64,000 bases of DNA from a virus. Both the position numbers and the translations under genes were made by a program. Shown here in pieces: positions 63,664-64,000 of the stretch; the stretch's first letter is position 1; the number at the start of each line of letters is the position of its first letter. The notes under the pieces are model-generated. The model had not been told where the DNA came from, did no database searches, and saw only the letters and a program-made list of their open reading frames with translations. The stretch is from IMG/VR virus record IMGVR_UViG_3300031237_000251; one strand, written 5' to 3'.

Positions 63664-63978
63664 ATGAGCGAAGACATGAAAGAAGTTCAGGCAGCTGAGG
63701 CCAAAATTGACGCAATGATCAATGCCATTGGTCAGCGTATTGACCGGCTAAATATGGTCGAAGGCGACCTCAGCAAAAAGACCAAGGCGATTGGCGGAAG
63801 CGTCAGGGATTCCGCAGAGAAGCTCGCGCAAGGGCTTGCAAAGGTCGAGAAGGCCGCGAACTTCGACCGTCTTGAGCGGATGGTTAATCTACTGGAACGT
63901 GCGGCAACCGCGATGTCCACGCTGGCCGAGCTGGAAAAGGGCGGGAAGCTGGAGAGAATCGCAACCGCCATCAAGTAA
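63664..63978 (+). CDS. Coiled-coil hypothetical protein
   Basis: RBS GAGGA before ATG 63664 (alternative start 63541). Confidence 0.6.
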   Translation: MSEDMKEVQAAEAKIDAMINAIGQRIDRLNMVEGDLSKKTKAIGGSVRDSAEKLAQGLAKVEKAANFDRLERMVNLLERAATAMSTLAELEKGGKLERIATAIK

Positions 63979-64000
63979 CGAGGCGCACCTCAATGAAACT

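Larger units (their letters stand above)
5315..64000. mobile_element. Temperate podovirus-type prophage, F116-like gene order; right end and its integrase lie outside the window
   Basis: att fragment, giant virion protein, tail, capsid, portal, terminase, lysis, RusA, replication, cII/cro/cI and recombination modules in continuous order. Confidence 0.85.

Overview
The window comes from a Pseudomonadaceae-like, GC-rich chromosome and has three parts. (1) 1-3760 is the decaying distal end of an integron-type gene-cassette array. It has two good attC sites, two degenerate or truncated ones, five genes for small membrane proteins and at least five GTAG-type REP hairpin copies lying at gene ends. 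(2) About 3800-5314 is the remnant of a tyrosine-integrase element whose integrase has lost its start codon. It abuts a 3' tRNA-Cys fragment (att site, 5315-5361). (3) 5362 to beyond 64000 is a large temperate podovirus-type prophage with F116-like gene order (inferred from layout, not from a search). It carries an N4-gp56-type capsid, portal, terminases, a lysis cassette, lambdoid cI/cro/cII, replication and recombination genes, and an ~11 kb polyvalent virion-protein gene split by a frameshift in a (CG)n run. The most unusual signals are as follows. A ~7 kb cargo block sits between cI and the leftward operators and holds an intact citrate synthase, a Tar-like chemoreceptor ending in DWETF and a FlxA-like gene; the last two have sigma28 (FliA) promoter matches. 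A second chemoreceptor lies at the prophage left end. A six-copy cis-motif, TTGC-N10-CAGTCACATAG, precedes every late transcription unit. REP doublets occupy or truncate attC positions in the cassette array. All protein family names come from motif recognition, and no database search was run.
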